A stretch of 33,125 bases of DNA, taken from the NCBI GenBank assembly GCA_902766545.1, contig CACXEC010000045.1, positions 1-33,125 of the forward strand, written 5' to 3'. Within the stretch, counting starts at the first letter, position 1, and each line of letters begins with the position of its first letter. The stretch is from an uncultured Erysipelotrichaceae bacterium. Its GTDB lineage: Bacteria > Bacillota_I > Bacilli_A > RF39 > UBA660. The notes under the pieces were generated by a model. That model did not search any database. It saw only the letters and a list, made by a program, of their open reading frames with translations, and was not told where the DNA came from. Both the position numbers and the translations under genes were made by a program. Positions 17,278 to 25,278 of the stretch are shown in pieces.

Positions 17278-18042
17278 ATGATTATATATATTGATTTATT
17301 AATTATTTTAAACTTTTTTATAGACTTAATTCTTTTAATGGGAACTAGCACTTTACTTAAAAGAAAGGCTTCTATTAAAAGAATCTGTTTGGGTGCTTTA
17401 GTAGGAAGTTTATCTTGTTTATTATTATTTTATATTAATAATAATTATGTTTTATTGTTATATAAATTAATTATTAGTATTTTAATGATTTTAATTGCCT
17501 TTAAGTATGAATCTTTTAAATACTTTAAAGATAATTTAGTTTGGCTTTATATTCTAAGTATTATTTTAGGTGGTGCAATATATCTTTTGAGTGATCAGAT
17601 TACATTAAGTAATAAAGGTCTTGTGTTTGGTGGAAATGGTTTAAAAATCAATTTGTTTATGTTAATTATAATTAGTCCATTTATTATTTATAAATATGTT
17701 AAAGAAAGTAAGAACTATCAAATAACTTATTCTAATTATTATGACATAAGCATATATTATGATGAATATGTTTTAAGTGGGGTTGGTTTTTTAGATACAG
17801 GTAATAATTTAAGGGATCCATTTTTTAATCGGCCGATTATTTTGGTTGATAGAAATTTAATTCATGATAATATTAGTACTTTTTTAGTTCCATATTATAC
17901 GCTTAATAAAAGCGATTTATTAGATGTTTTTAAACCTAAAAAAATTATAATTAATAATAAAACTATTAAAAATGTTTTAATTGGTTTAACAAATGTAAAT
18001 ATTGATGGTATTAAAATTATTTTAAATAAGGAGGCTATATGA
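17278..18042 (+). CDS. spoIIGA: Sporulation sigma-E factor processing aspartic protease SpoIIGA
   Basis: MIIYIDLLIILNFFIDLILLMGT ~ B. subtilis MKIYLDVIWLLNFCFDALLLLLT. Catalytic GFLDTGNNL ~ GLIDSGNQL. The GTG at 17254 lies inside the terminator stem, so ATG 17278 is preferred. ATGA overlap with sigE. Confidence 0.85.
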   Translation: MIIYIDLLIILNFFIDLILLMGTSTLLKRKASIKRICLGALVGSLSCLLLFYINNNYVLLLYKLIISILMILIAFKYESFKYFKDNLVWLYILSIILGGAIYLLSDQITLSNKGLVFGGNGLKINLFMLIIISPFIIYKYVKESKNYQITYSNYYDISIYYDEYVLSGVGFLDTGNNLRDPFFNRPIILVDRNLIHDNISTFLVPYYTLNKSDLLDVFKPKKIIINNKTIKNVLIGLTNVNIDGIKIILNKEAI

Positions 18043-18731
18043 AAAAAGTTTGGTTATGGATTTGTAAAGTTTTAAAAATAAATAGTAAGGTTTTATTTTT
18101 AGGAAGTACTGATGTTTTACCACCGCCACTTGAAAAGAATGAAGAATTAAGTTTAATAACAAAATCTAAGAATGGAGATATTGAAGCTCGTAACAGATTA
18201 GTTGAACATAATCTTAGACTTGTAGTGTTTTTAGCTAAAAAGTATGAAAGTACAGGTTATGATTTAGAAGATTTAGTAAGTATTGGTTCAATTGGTCTTA
18301 TTAAAGGAATAGAAACATATAAAATAGATAAAAATATAAAACTTGCCACTTATGCTTCAAGATGTATTGCTAATGAAATTTTAATGTTTGTTCGAAAAAA
18401 TAAAAAACGTAAGACTGAAGTTAGTTTGGAAGATTCTTTAACTTATGATGCTGAGGGTAATGAACTTCATTTAGAAGATATATTAGGTACAGATGAAAAT
18501 ATTATTTTTAAAGAGTATTCTTTTAAAGCAGATAAAGAATTATTAAAAAAAGAATTAGTTAAACTAAATGACCGTGAAAAACAAATCATGACTTTAAGAT
18601 ATGGCTTAGATAATACAGATGAGTATACGCAAAAAGAAGTTGCTGAAATGCTTGGTATAAGTCAGTCATATATTTCTAGAATAGAAAAAAAGATTATAAA
18701 GAAATTACAATTAGTAATGGATGGAAAATAG
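18039..18731 (+). CDS. sigE: RNA polymerase sporulation sigma factor SigE (pro-sigma-E)
   Basis: Pro-sequence plus ...GSTDVLPPPLEKNEE (B. subtilis GGSEALPPPLSKDEE). Sigma70 regions 2 and 4 are present (QKEVAEMLGISQSYISRIEKK). Confidence 0.9.
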   Translation: MKKVWLWICKVLKINSKVLFLGSTDVLPPPLEKNEELSLITKSKNGDIEARNRLVEHNLRLVVFLAKKYESTGYDLEDLVSIGSIGLIKGIETYKIDKNIKLATYASRCIANEILMFVRKNKKRKTEVSLEDSLTYDAEGNELHLEDILGTDENIIFKEYSFKADKELLKKELVKLNDREKQIMTLRYGLDNTDEYTQKEVAEMLGISQSYISRIEKKIIKKLQLVMDGK

Positions 18732-18734
18732 CAT

Positions 18735-18762
18735 AATTCAAGAATTATTCTTGAATTTTTAT
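18735..18762 (+). terminator. Rho-independent terminator after sigE
   Basis: AATTCAAGAA(18735-18744)-tta-TTCTTGAATT(18748-18757), followed by a T-run. Confidence 0.6.
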
Positions 18763-18767
18763 TTATT

Positions 18768-18798
18768 TGAATAAAAAATTTTTCTTTTCCTCAATATA
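18768..18798 (+). promoter_or_regulatory. Candidate forespore (sigmaF/sigmaG-type) promoter of sigG
   Basis: TGAATA(18768-18773)-18 nt-CAATATA(18792-18798) resembles the sigmaG consensus GAATA-N17/18-CATAcTA. Confidence 0.35.
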
Positions 18799-18814
18799 TT
18801 TTTGAGGGATAAAT

Positions 18815-19585
18815 ATGGCTAAATATAAAGTGGAAATTCCAGGAATAGATACTAATTCTTTAAAAGTTATAAAGAATAGTGATATGGTTAAACTATTTAA
18901 AAAATATCAAAAAGGAGATAAGTTAGCTAAAGAAGAGATTATAAATGGAAATTTAAAATTAGTACTTAGTATTATTAATAAATATAATAATGGTAAACAT
19001 GATATGAATGATTTATTTCAGATTGGTTGTGTTGGTTTAATAAAAGCAGTAGATAATTTTAGTTTAGAATATAATGTTCAATTTTCAACTTATGCTGTTC
19101 CTTTAATACTTGGTGAGGTTAAAAGATTTATAAGAGATTCCAGTGTAGTTAGAATATCTAGAAGTATCAGGGATAATGCATATAACATTTTAAAATTTAG
19201 AGATGAGTACGTCTACAAAAATGGAGTTGAACCATCTAATAAACAAATATGTGCTCATCTTAAAATAAGTGAATATGAGCTTGCATCTTCCTTAGAGAGT
19301 TTAGTAAGTCCGATGAGTATATATGATCCAATTTATAATGATGGAGGAGATCCAATATATTTAATTGATCAAATTGCTGATAAAAATAATGATGGAGCTG
19401 ATGATGCTATAAATTTAAATAATGCTATTAGTAAAATTAGTGATAGAGAAGCAGGAGTATTGTATTCTAGGTATATTTATGGTAAAACTCAGATGGAAAT
19501 AGCAAATGATTTAGGTGTTTCTCAAGCTCAGGTGTCTAGAATAGAAAAAAATGCAATAAAGAATCTTAAAAGACTTATGAAATAA
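18815..19585 (+). CDS. sigG: RNA polymerase sporulation sigma factor SigG
   Basis: Sigma70 family (GNLKLVLSIINKY, FSTYAVPLILGEVKRFIRD, QMEIANDLGVSQAQVSRIEKNA). It holds the conserved position directly after spoIIGA-sigE. Confidence 0.85.
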   Translation: MAKYKVEIPGIDTNSLKVIKNSDMVKLFKKYQKGDKLAKEEIINGNLKLVLSIINKYNNGKHDMNDLFQIGCVGLIKAVDNFSLEYNVQFSTYAVPLILGEVKRFIRDSSVVRISRSIRDNAYNILKFRDEYVYKNGVEPSNKQICAHLKISEYELASSLESLVSPMSIYDPIYNDGGDPIYLIDQIADKNNDGADDAINLNNAISKISDREAGVLYSRYIYGKTQMEIANDLGVSQAQVSRIEKNAIKNLKRLMK

Positions 19586-19617
19586 GAAAAAAATCATATA
19601 ATTAAATGGTGATATTA

Positions 19618-19842
19618 ATGCTAATGAGTGATTTGCAACGTAAAGATATTATTAATATTATAACTGGTGAGAGAATTGGTAAAATAATTGATATTGAAGT
19701 TAATAATGAAGGAAACATCAATTATCTTATTGCTGGTGAAGTAAAAATGATGAAACGATTTAAAGATGGAGCCGAAACTAAAATTACATTTAAACAAATA
19801 AAAAAAATAGGTACTGATGTTATACTTGTTGAATTAATTTAA
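19618..19842 (+). CDS. YlmC/YmxH-family PRC-barrel sporulation protein
   Basis: MSDLQRKDIINIITGERIGKIIDIEVN...KIGTDVILVE is colinear with B. subtilis YlmC (SEFQVKDVVNVSNGKKLGSIGDIDIN...KIGEDVILV). Confidence 0.75.
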   Translation: MLMSDLQRKDIINIITGERIGKIIDIEVNNEGNINYLIAGEVKMMKRFKDGAETKITFKQIKKIGTDVILVELI

Positions 19843-19860
19843 TAATAGTATAATTTAAGT

Positions 19861-20334
19861 ATGAAAAAGAAAATATTAATAGTAACTATTATATCTTTAT
19901 TTGTTGATCAAATTACCAAATTTTTTAGTGATTTATATCTACCTTTATATGATTCAATGAAAGTTATAGATAAATTTTTTTATCTAACTAATTGTCATAA
20001 TTTTGGAGCTGCTTTTAGTATTCTAAATTCAAAAAGATTATTACTTATTATAACTGGTATAATTGCACTATATATAGTTTATACGTTTATTAAAGATTTT
20101 AATGATAATAAAATAAATATTATTGCTTTTGGTTTTTTGTTTGGTGGGATAATGGGTAACTTAATTGATAGAGTATTTTTAGGTTATGTTAGAGATTTTT
20201 TAGATTTTAAAATATTTGGATATAATTATCCGGTATTTAATATGGCTGACTCATTTATTGTAATTGGAGCTGGTCTTATGATAATATCAGTTATTAAGGG
20301 AGATAAAAATGGAAGTAGTAGCAAGAGAAAGTAA
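19861..20334 (+). CDS. lspA: Lipoprotein signal peptidase II
   Basis: Motifs NFGAAFS, VRDFLDF and FNMADS; four TM segments. Confidence 0.9.
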   Translation: MKKKILIVTIISLFVDQITKFFSDLYLPLYDSMKVIDKFFYLTNCHNFGAAFSILNSKRLLLIITGIIALYIVYTFIKDFNDNKINIIAFGFLFGGIMGNLIDRVFLGYVRDFLDFKIFGYNYPVFNMADSFIVIGAGLMIISVIKGDKNGSSSKRK

Positions 20335-21193
20335 AAGAATTGATAAATATTTAAGTGAATGTACTGATTATTCTAGAAGTATAATTCAAAAAATGATTGA
20401 AGAAGAGTTTATTAAAGTTAATGATAAAAATGTAAAAGCAAATTATATATTAAAGGAAAATGATGTAATAAATATTGATGAGTCATATGTAAAGCCTATT
20501 GACTTAAAAGCTGAAAATATTAAATTAAATATTATTTATGAAGATGATTATTTAATGGTAATTAATAAACCTTCTGGAATGGTTGTACATCCTGGTAATG
20601 GAAATATGGAACATACTTTGGTTAATGCTTTAATGGGATATACCAATATCTTAAGTAATGGTAAAGAGGAATTTAGACCAGGAATAGTTCATCGCATTGA
20701 TAAAGATACGAGTGGCATAATTTTAGTAGCTAAAACAGATAAAGCTCATGAATTACTTTCAGATGGATTTAAAAATAAAACAATTAAAAGAGAGTACCTT
20801 GCATTATTAGTAGGAAGTGTTCCTACTGATACAGCTACTATAGATGCTCCAATTGGTAGAGATAAACTTGATCGCAAAAAAATGTGTGTTACTAAGGAAA
20901 ATGCTAAAAATGCAGTAACTCATTTAACTGTTTTAAAAAGATATAAGGGGTATACTTTAGTTAAATTAAAGTTAGAAACGGGAAGAACTCATCAAATTAG
21001 AGTTCATATGAAATATATAGGTTATCCGGTTTATAATGATCCAGTTTATTTAGGTGGAAAATGTACTAGTTTTGGACAATTTTTACATTCTTATAGTGTA
21101 GATTTTACTCATCCTATAACTAAAGAACATTTATATTTTGAATGCGATTTGCCAGATGAATTTCAGGATTTTTTAGACAAATTGTCAGTTTAG
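20309..21193 (+). CDS. rluD: 23S rRNA pseudouridine synthase, RluD/RluA family
   Basis: S4 domain at the N-terminus, catalytic HRIDKDTSG, and GRTHQIRVH. The lspA-rluD pairing matches that in Bacillus. Confidence 0.9.
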   Translation: MEVVARESKRIDKYLSECTDYSRSIIQKMIEEEFIKVNDKNVKANYILKENDVINIDESYVKPIDLKAENIKLNIIYEDDYLMVINKPSGMVVHPGNGNMEHTLVNALMGYTNILSNGKEEFRPGIVHRIDKDTSGIILVAKTDKAHELLSDGFKNKTIKREYLALLVGSVPTDTATIDAPIGRDKLDRKKMCVTKENAKNAVTHLTVLKRYKGYTLVKLKLETGRTHQIRVHMKYIGYPVYNDPVYLGGKCTSFGQFLHSYSVDFTHPITKEHLYFECDLPDEFQDFLDKLSV

Positions 21194-21651
21194 TTTAATG
21201 TGCATATTATAATAAATAGAATTAGTGATATAAAGCTCCATATTAAATAGGGAATTAATAAATAAGAAGATGTCTTATTTATTTTTTTAGCCTCAAGGTA
21301 TAAAAAAATACTAGTGATGGCAGTAGTGGTAGTAGCAATTAATGTAAGAAATAATGAATGAAAAATGGAAAAGAAAAGAGAAAAAGTTTGATTAAATAGA
21401 TAGTTTATAATTAAAATGAAATAATAGTCATTATTAAGTTCATAATTTTTTATTAAAATATAAGTGCTACTTGAATTAAAAATATAAATAATAATCCATA
21501 TAAATGAAATTAAGTAATTATTTGGGAAAAAAGATGGTACTTTTAGAGTTAGGTAGTAGCCTATATCAAAAGGAAAAAATGCACTACTTAAAAACCATAA
21601 TAATAAAATGATTAAAAATGCAATTATTTTTCGGTAAAAGAATCTGGACAT
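21190..21651 (-). CDS. Divergent TspO/MBR-like 5-TM protein (Trp-poor paralog)
   Basis: GGAGG RBS. LKVPSFFPNNYLISFIWIIIYIF ~ IQPSFAPPGWLFPVVWSILYIL, and INKTSSYLLIPYLIWSFISLIL ~ INKTSAYLQIPYLLWIIFAAIL, in the TspO at 31093-31548. Confidence 0.6.
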   Translation of the reverse strand: MSRFFYRKIIAFLIILLLWFLSSAFFPFDIGYYLTLKVPSFFPNNYLISFIWIIIYIFNSSSTYILIKNYELNNDYYFILIINYLFNQTFSLFFSIFHSLFLTLIATTTTAITSIFLYLEAKKINKTSSYLLIPYLIWSFISLILFIIICTLN

Positions 21652-21716
21652 TATTCCTCCACTTTACTAAAATACTTATTTGTTATAAAATATATTATGA
21701 AAAAGCGAGGTAAAAT

Positions 21717-22838
21717 ATGAGTACGTTAGCAAATAAAAAAGACGAAATAATTATGCGATTAGTTCACTATTTTGTAACTGAGGAAAATTATCAACCAATT
21801 ATTGTAAATGGTGTAAAAAATGAGATTTGGTTAGAAAACTTAGACGCTCCATATAAAGTTATAAGAATTAATTCAAATTATATTCATAATGATGATCAGT
21901 TTAAATTTGATAATTTTAAAATAAAAAATATTACTAAACAAATTAGAAAGAAAACTTTTTCTTTTAATTTAAAAACTTTAAATATTTTATTAGATTTAAA
22001 TGAGGATGTTAAGGTAACTAATAATAAAAGTATAGATAACTTTAAAGTTGATTCTCTAAAAGATGTTAGAAAAGATGATGGTTTAGCTGGCTTATTTCCT
22101 AAACTAAAAACTATGACTTTATCTACTGGTGATGAATTTGAAACAATGATTAATCTAACAACGGATATTTCTGAAAAGAATTTAAAAGATAATGAAGAAT
22201 ATGAAAAAATATTTAAACCTAAAAAAATCATTGTTACTAATGCTTTAGTTGTTATTAATGTTATAATGTTCTTTGCTTCATTTATGTATCCTAAAATGTT
22301 TGAGTATTTAGTTTTAGATCCATCATTAGTAAAATATGGAGAGTATTATAGGTTATTTACAAGTATGTTCTTACATGGAAATATTATTCATTTAGCTTCT
22401 AATATGTATGCTTTATATATTTTAGGTAATCAAATTGAGAGCTTTCTTGGTAAATATAAGTTTTTAATTATATATTTCTTTAGTGGAATGACGGCTTCTT
22501 TACTTTCTTGTTTAGCATCATTTTCATCACTTGGCGCTAGTGGAGCGATCTTTGGCTTACTAGGTGCATTATTATATTTTGGATATAATTTTAGATTATA
22601 TTTTGGTAATGTTATTTTAAGACAAATAATCCCTGTAGTTTTATTCAATCTTTTAATTGGATTTACTTTTAGTGGAATAAATAATTTGGCACATATTGGA
22701 GGACTTATTGGCGGATTATTTATTACAATGGGACTTGGTGTTAGTAGTAAAAATGAAAAACAAGGAAGAGTTAATGGATATATTGGTTCTGTTGTTTATG
22801 CTTTATTTTTGATGTATTTAGTATTTATAGCAAAATAA
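21717..22838 (+). CDS. Rhomboid family intramembrane serine protease (GluP-like) with a cytoplasmic N-terminal domain
   Basis: FTSMFLHGNIIHLASNMYALYILG, catalytic GASGAIFGLLGA, and AHIGGLIGG. Confidence 0.85.
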   Translation: MSTLANKKDEIIMRLVHYFVTEENYQPIIVNGVKNEIWLENLDAPYKVIRINSNYIHNDDQFKFDNFKIKNITKQIRKKTFSFNLKTLNILLDLNEDVKVTNNKSIDNFKVDSLKDVRKDDGLAGLFPKLKTMTLSTGDEFETMINLTTDISEKNLKDNEEYEKIFKPKKIIVTNALVVINVIMFFASFMYPKMFEYLVLDPSLVKYGEYYRLFTSMFLHGNIIHLASNMYALYILGNQIESFLGKYKFLIIYFFSGMTASLLSCLASFSSLGASGAIFGLLGALLYFGYNFRLYFGNVILRQIIPVVLFNLLIGFTFSGINNLAHIGGLIGGLFITMGLGVSSKNEKQGRVNGYIGSVVYALFLMYLVFIAK

Positions 22839-22862
22839 AAAGAACAAATCTTTGTTCTTTTT
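22839..22862. terminator. Bidirectional terminator between the rhomboid gene and lexA
   Basis: AAAGAACA...TGTTCTTT inverted repeat (22839-22860), flanked by A and T runs. Confidence 0.5.
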
Positions 22863-23492
22863 TTATATTTTACGATATAAGCCAATAGCTTTTCCTAGTA
22901 TTTGACAATTAGGTAGTATTATAGGTGCCATGGTGTCATTTTCAGGTTGAAGGCGAATATATCCATCTTCTTTATAGAATCTTTTTAGAGTAACTTCATT
23001 TTCTTCAGTCATAGCAACAACTATTTCTCCATTACGAGCAATTTTTTGTTTTTGAACAATAATGATGTCACCATCTAAGATTCCAGCATTAATCATACTT
23101 TCTCCCGATACTTTTAAAGTAAAAATGGTTTCTCTAGCAGGAATTAAATTAGCTGGTAAGGTAAAGAATTCATTTGGATTTTCAATGGCTTCGATGGGAC
23201 TACCTGCAGTAACTTTACCAAGTAGTGGAACTTTTACAAGTTCTTCATCTTTAGGCATAAATTCATTAATTCCATTAACTTCAATTGTTCTAAATTTAGA
23301 TTTAGTTTTAGTAATAGCACCTTTTTTTTCTAATTCCTTTAAGTGAGTATGGACAGTAGCTGGACTTGATAAATTAAGTCCTGCACATATTTCTCTTACA
23401 GCAGGTGGATATCCATGTTTTACAATGTATTTTTTAACAAAATTTAAAACTTCTGTTTGTTTTGGTGTAAGTTTATCATTTTTTATATTCAT
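22863..23492 (-). CDS. lexA: SOS repressor LexA
   Basis: wHTH GYPPAVREICAGLNLSSPATVHTHLKELEKKG; cleavage region KVTAGSP; catalytic GESM...V...LKRF. Confidence 0.95.
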   Translation of the reverse strand: MNIKNDKLTPKQTEVLNFVKKYIVKHGYPPAVREICAGLNLSSPATVHTHLKELEKKGAITKTKSKFRTIEVNGINEFMPKDEELVKVPLLGKVTAGSPIEAIENPNEFFTLPANLIPARETIFTLKVSGESMINAGILDGDIIIVQKQKIARNGEIVVAMTEENEVTLKRFYKEDGYIRLQPENDTMAPIILPNCQILGKAIGLYRKI

Positions 23493-23510
23493 ATGATTCC
23501 TCCTAAAATA

Positions 23511-23539
23511 ATATTAACATGCTAAGTGTAAAATGTCAA
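23511..23539 (-). promoter_or_regulatory. Candidate sigmaA promoter of lexA
   Basis: On the minus strand, TTGACA(23539-23534)-17 nt-TAATAT(23516-23511), followed by GGAGG and the ATG. Confidence 0.5.
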
Positions 23540-23558
23540 ACAATTGTTTAAGTTTTTA

Positions 23559-23588
23559 TTGACTACGAATAAATGTTCGTGCTATGAT
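23559..23588 (+). promoter_or_regulatory. SigmaA-type promoter with an embedded LexA (Cheo/SOS) box
   Basis: TTGACT(23559-23564)-18 nt-TATGAT(23583-23588). CGAATAAATGTTCG(23566-23579) sits in the spacer and has one mismatch to CGAAC-N4-GTTCG. Confidence 0.6.
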
Positions 23589-23615
23589 TTAAATGTAATT
23601 GGAAGGAGTGGTTAT

Positions 23616-23753
23616 ATGTTAATGAAAATTAGTAACTATAAGGGAGTGATTATTTTTTATTTGCTCCTTATACTTTTTATGGTTCTAATATCGAGTCATA
23701 ATAAAAGTATTGATATGAATTTAAGAAGTACTAATATAATTGAAACGTATTAG
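23616..23753 (+). CDS. 45-aa single-TM protein divergent from lexA; candidate SOS-induced division inhibitor (YneA/SosA-like role)
   Basis: GGAAGGAG(23601-23608) lies 7 nt before the ATG at 23616. Sequence is MLMKISNYKGVIIFYLLLILFMVLISSHNKSIDMNLRSTNIIETY. The ORF-track start at 23544 precedes the promoter. Confidence 0.5.
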   Translation: MLMKISNYKGVIIFYLLLILFMVLISSHNKSIDMNLRSTNIIETY

Positions 23754-23812
23754 TACTTTTTTTGTTTTCTAATTTGTGTTATAATTTCTTAACGTGTAGG
23801 GAAGTGATTGCT

Positions 23813-25219
23813 ATGAATTTGCCAAATATGAAAGAAGCTCAAAAGAGAAATATAACACCAACTAAATATATCTATGAAGAAAGAATAAAGTCAGACATTT
23901 TTAAGGGAAGAAAATATTCTATTAAAACATATGGTTGTCAGATGAATGTTCATGATTCTGAAGAGATTAAAGCTTTACTTGAAAGTATGGGATATATAGA
24001 ATGTGATGATTATGAAAAGTGTGATTTAGTTATTTTAAATACTTGTGCTATTAGAGAAAATGCTCATGATAAAGTTTTTGGTTTTTTAGGGCGTTTAAAA
24101 CATTTAAAGAAAACTAATAAAAACTTAATAATTGGTCTTTGTGGCTGTATGGCTCAGGAGGAACATGTAATAAATGAAATTAGGGAAAAACATCCATATA
24201 TAGATATTGTTTTCGGAACTCATAATTTAAATGAATTACCAAGCATTCTTAAAAATTATTATGGTAAACAAGATATTGAAGTTTATAGTAAAGAGGGAGA
24301 TGTTTACGAATTTGGTAATCTTTATAAAAGGGATTCTAAATATAGTGCTTGGGTAAATATTATGTATGGTTGTGATAAGTTTTGTACGTATTGTATAGTT
24401 CCTTATACTAGAGGAAAGCAAAGAAGTAGAAAGTCTATAGATATTTTAAAAGAAGTTAAGGAACTTAAAGAAGAAGGATATAAAGAGATTACTTTACTTG
24501 GTCAAAATGTTAATGCTTATGGAAAAGATTTAGATGGAGAAATTGAATTTAGTGAGCTTTTAAAAAAAGTAAGTGATATTGGTATTGAAAGAATAAGGTT
24601 TGTCACTTCACATCCATGGGATTTTACTGATCAAATGATAGATGTTATAGCCTCTAGGGATAATATTATGCCTTATATCCATTTACCACTTCAAAGTGGA
24701 TCAAGTAGAATTTTAAAATTAATGGGTAGACGTTATACTAAAGAAGAATATATGACTCTATATAATAAAATTAGAACAAAAGTAAAAGGTGCCAGTATTA
24801 CTACAGACATTATTGTAGGTTTTCCTGGTGAAACTGAGGAAGATTTTAAAGATACTTTAGATGTTGTTGATGCATGTAAATATGATGGGGCATTTACTTT
24901 TATTTTTTCACCTAGAGAAAATACTCCAGCGTCTAAAATGGAAGATACTACTTCCCTAAGTGAAAAAGAGGATAGACTTCAAAGATTGAATGAAAAAATA
25001 AATAGTTATTCAAAATTAAGTAACGAAAAAATGCTTGGAACAGTTCAAAAAGTATTAGTTACTGGTATTTCTGAAAAAGATTCTAATAAGGTTTGTGGAT
25101 ACACTGAAAACATGAAATTAGTTAATGTTGAAGCACCAAAAGACGTAATTGGGTCTATTATAAATGTAAAAATACTAGAAGCTAAAAGTTTTAGTTTAGA
25201 TGGAATTATTGAGGAATAA
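23813..25219 (+). CDS. miaB: tRNA-i6A37 methylthiotransferase MiaB (radical SAM)
   Basis: UPF0004 domain TYGCQMN...LNTCAIRE, radical-SAM CDKFCTYCIVP, and a C-terminal TRAM domain. ATG 23813 is preferred over the upstream GTG/TTG-type extension. Confidence 0.9.
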   Translation: MNLPNMKEAQKRNITPTKYIYEERIKSDIFKGRKYSIKTYGCQMNVHDSEEIKALLESMGYIECDDYEKCDLVILNTCAIRENAHDKVFGFLGRLKHLKKTNKNLIIGLCGCMAQEEHVINEIREKHPYIDIVFGTHNLNELPSILKNYYGKQDIEVYSKEGDVYEFGNLYKRDSKYSAWVNIMYGCDKFCTYCIVPYTRGKQRSRKSIDILKEVKELKEEGYKEITLLGQNVNAYGKDLDGEIEFSELLKKVSDIGIERIRFVTSHPWDFTDQMIDVIASRDNIMPYIHLPLQSGSSRILKLMGRRYTKEEYMTLYNKIRTKVKGASITTDIIVGFPGETEEDFKDTLDVVDACKYDGAFTFIFSPRENTPASKMEDTTSLSEKEDRLQRLNEKINSYSKLSNEKMLGTVQKVLVTGISEKDSNKVCGYTENMKLVNVEAPKDVIGSIINVKILEAKSFSLDGIIEE

Positions 25220-25278
25220 TTCCTTTTATTTTTTTTAAATATTTGTTATAATTAATAGATAGAATGGAGGATAATATA

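Noticed and set aside
23538-23549. A perfect 12-bp palindrome AAACAATTGTTT adjacent to the lexA -35, considered as a second LexA operator.
   Set aside because: It does not match the GAAC-N4-GTTC Cheo box. AT-rich palindromes of this size are plausible by chance. It remains a possible operator for another regulator, but I cannot support that.
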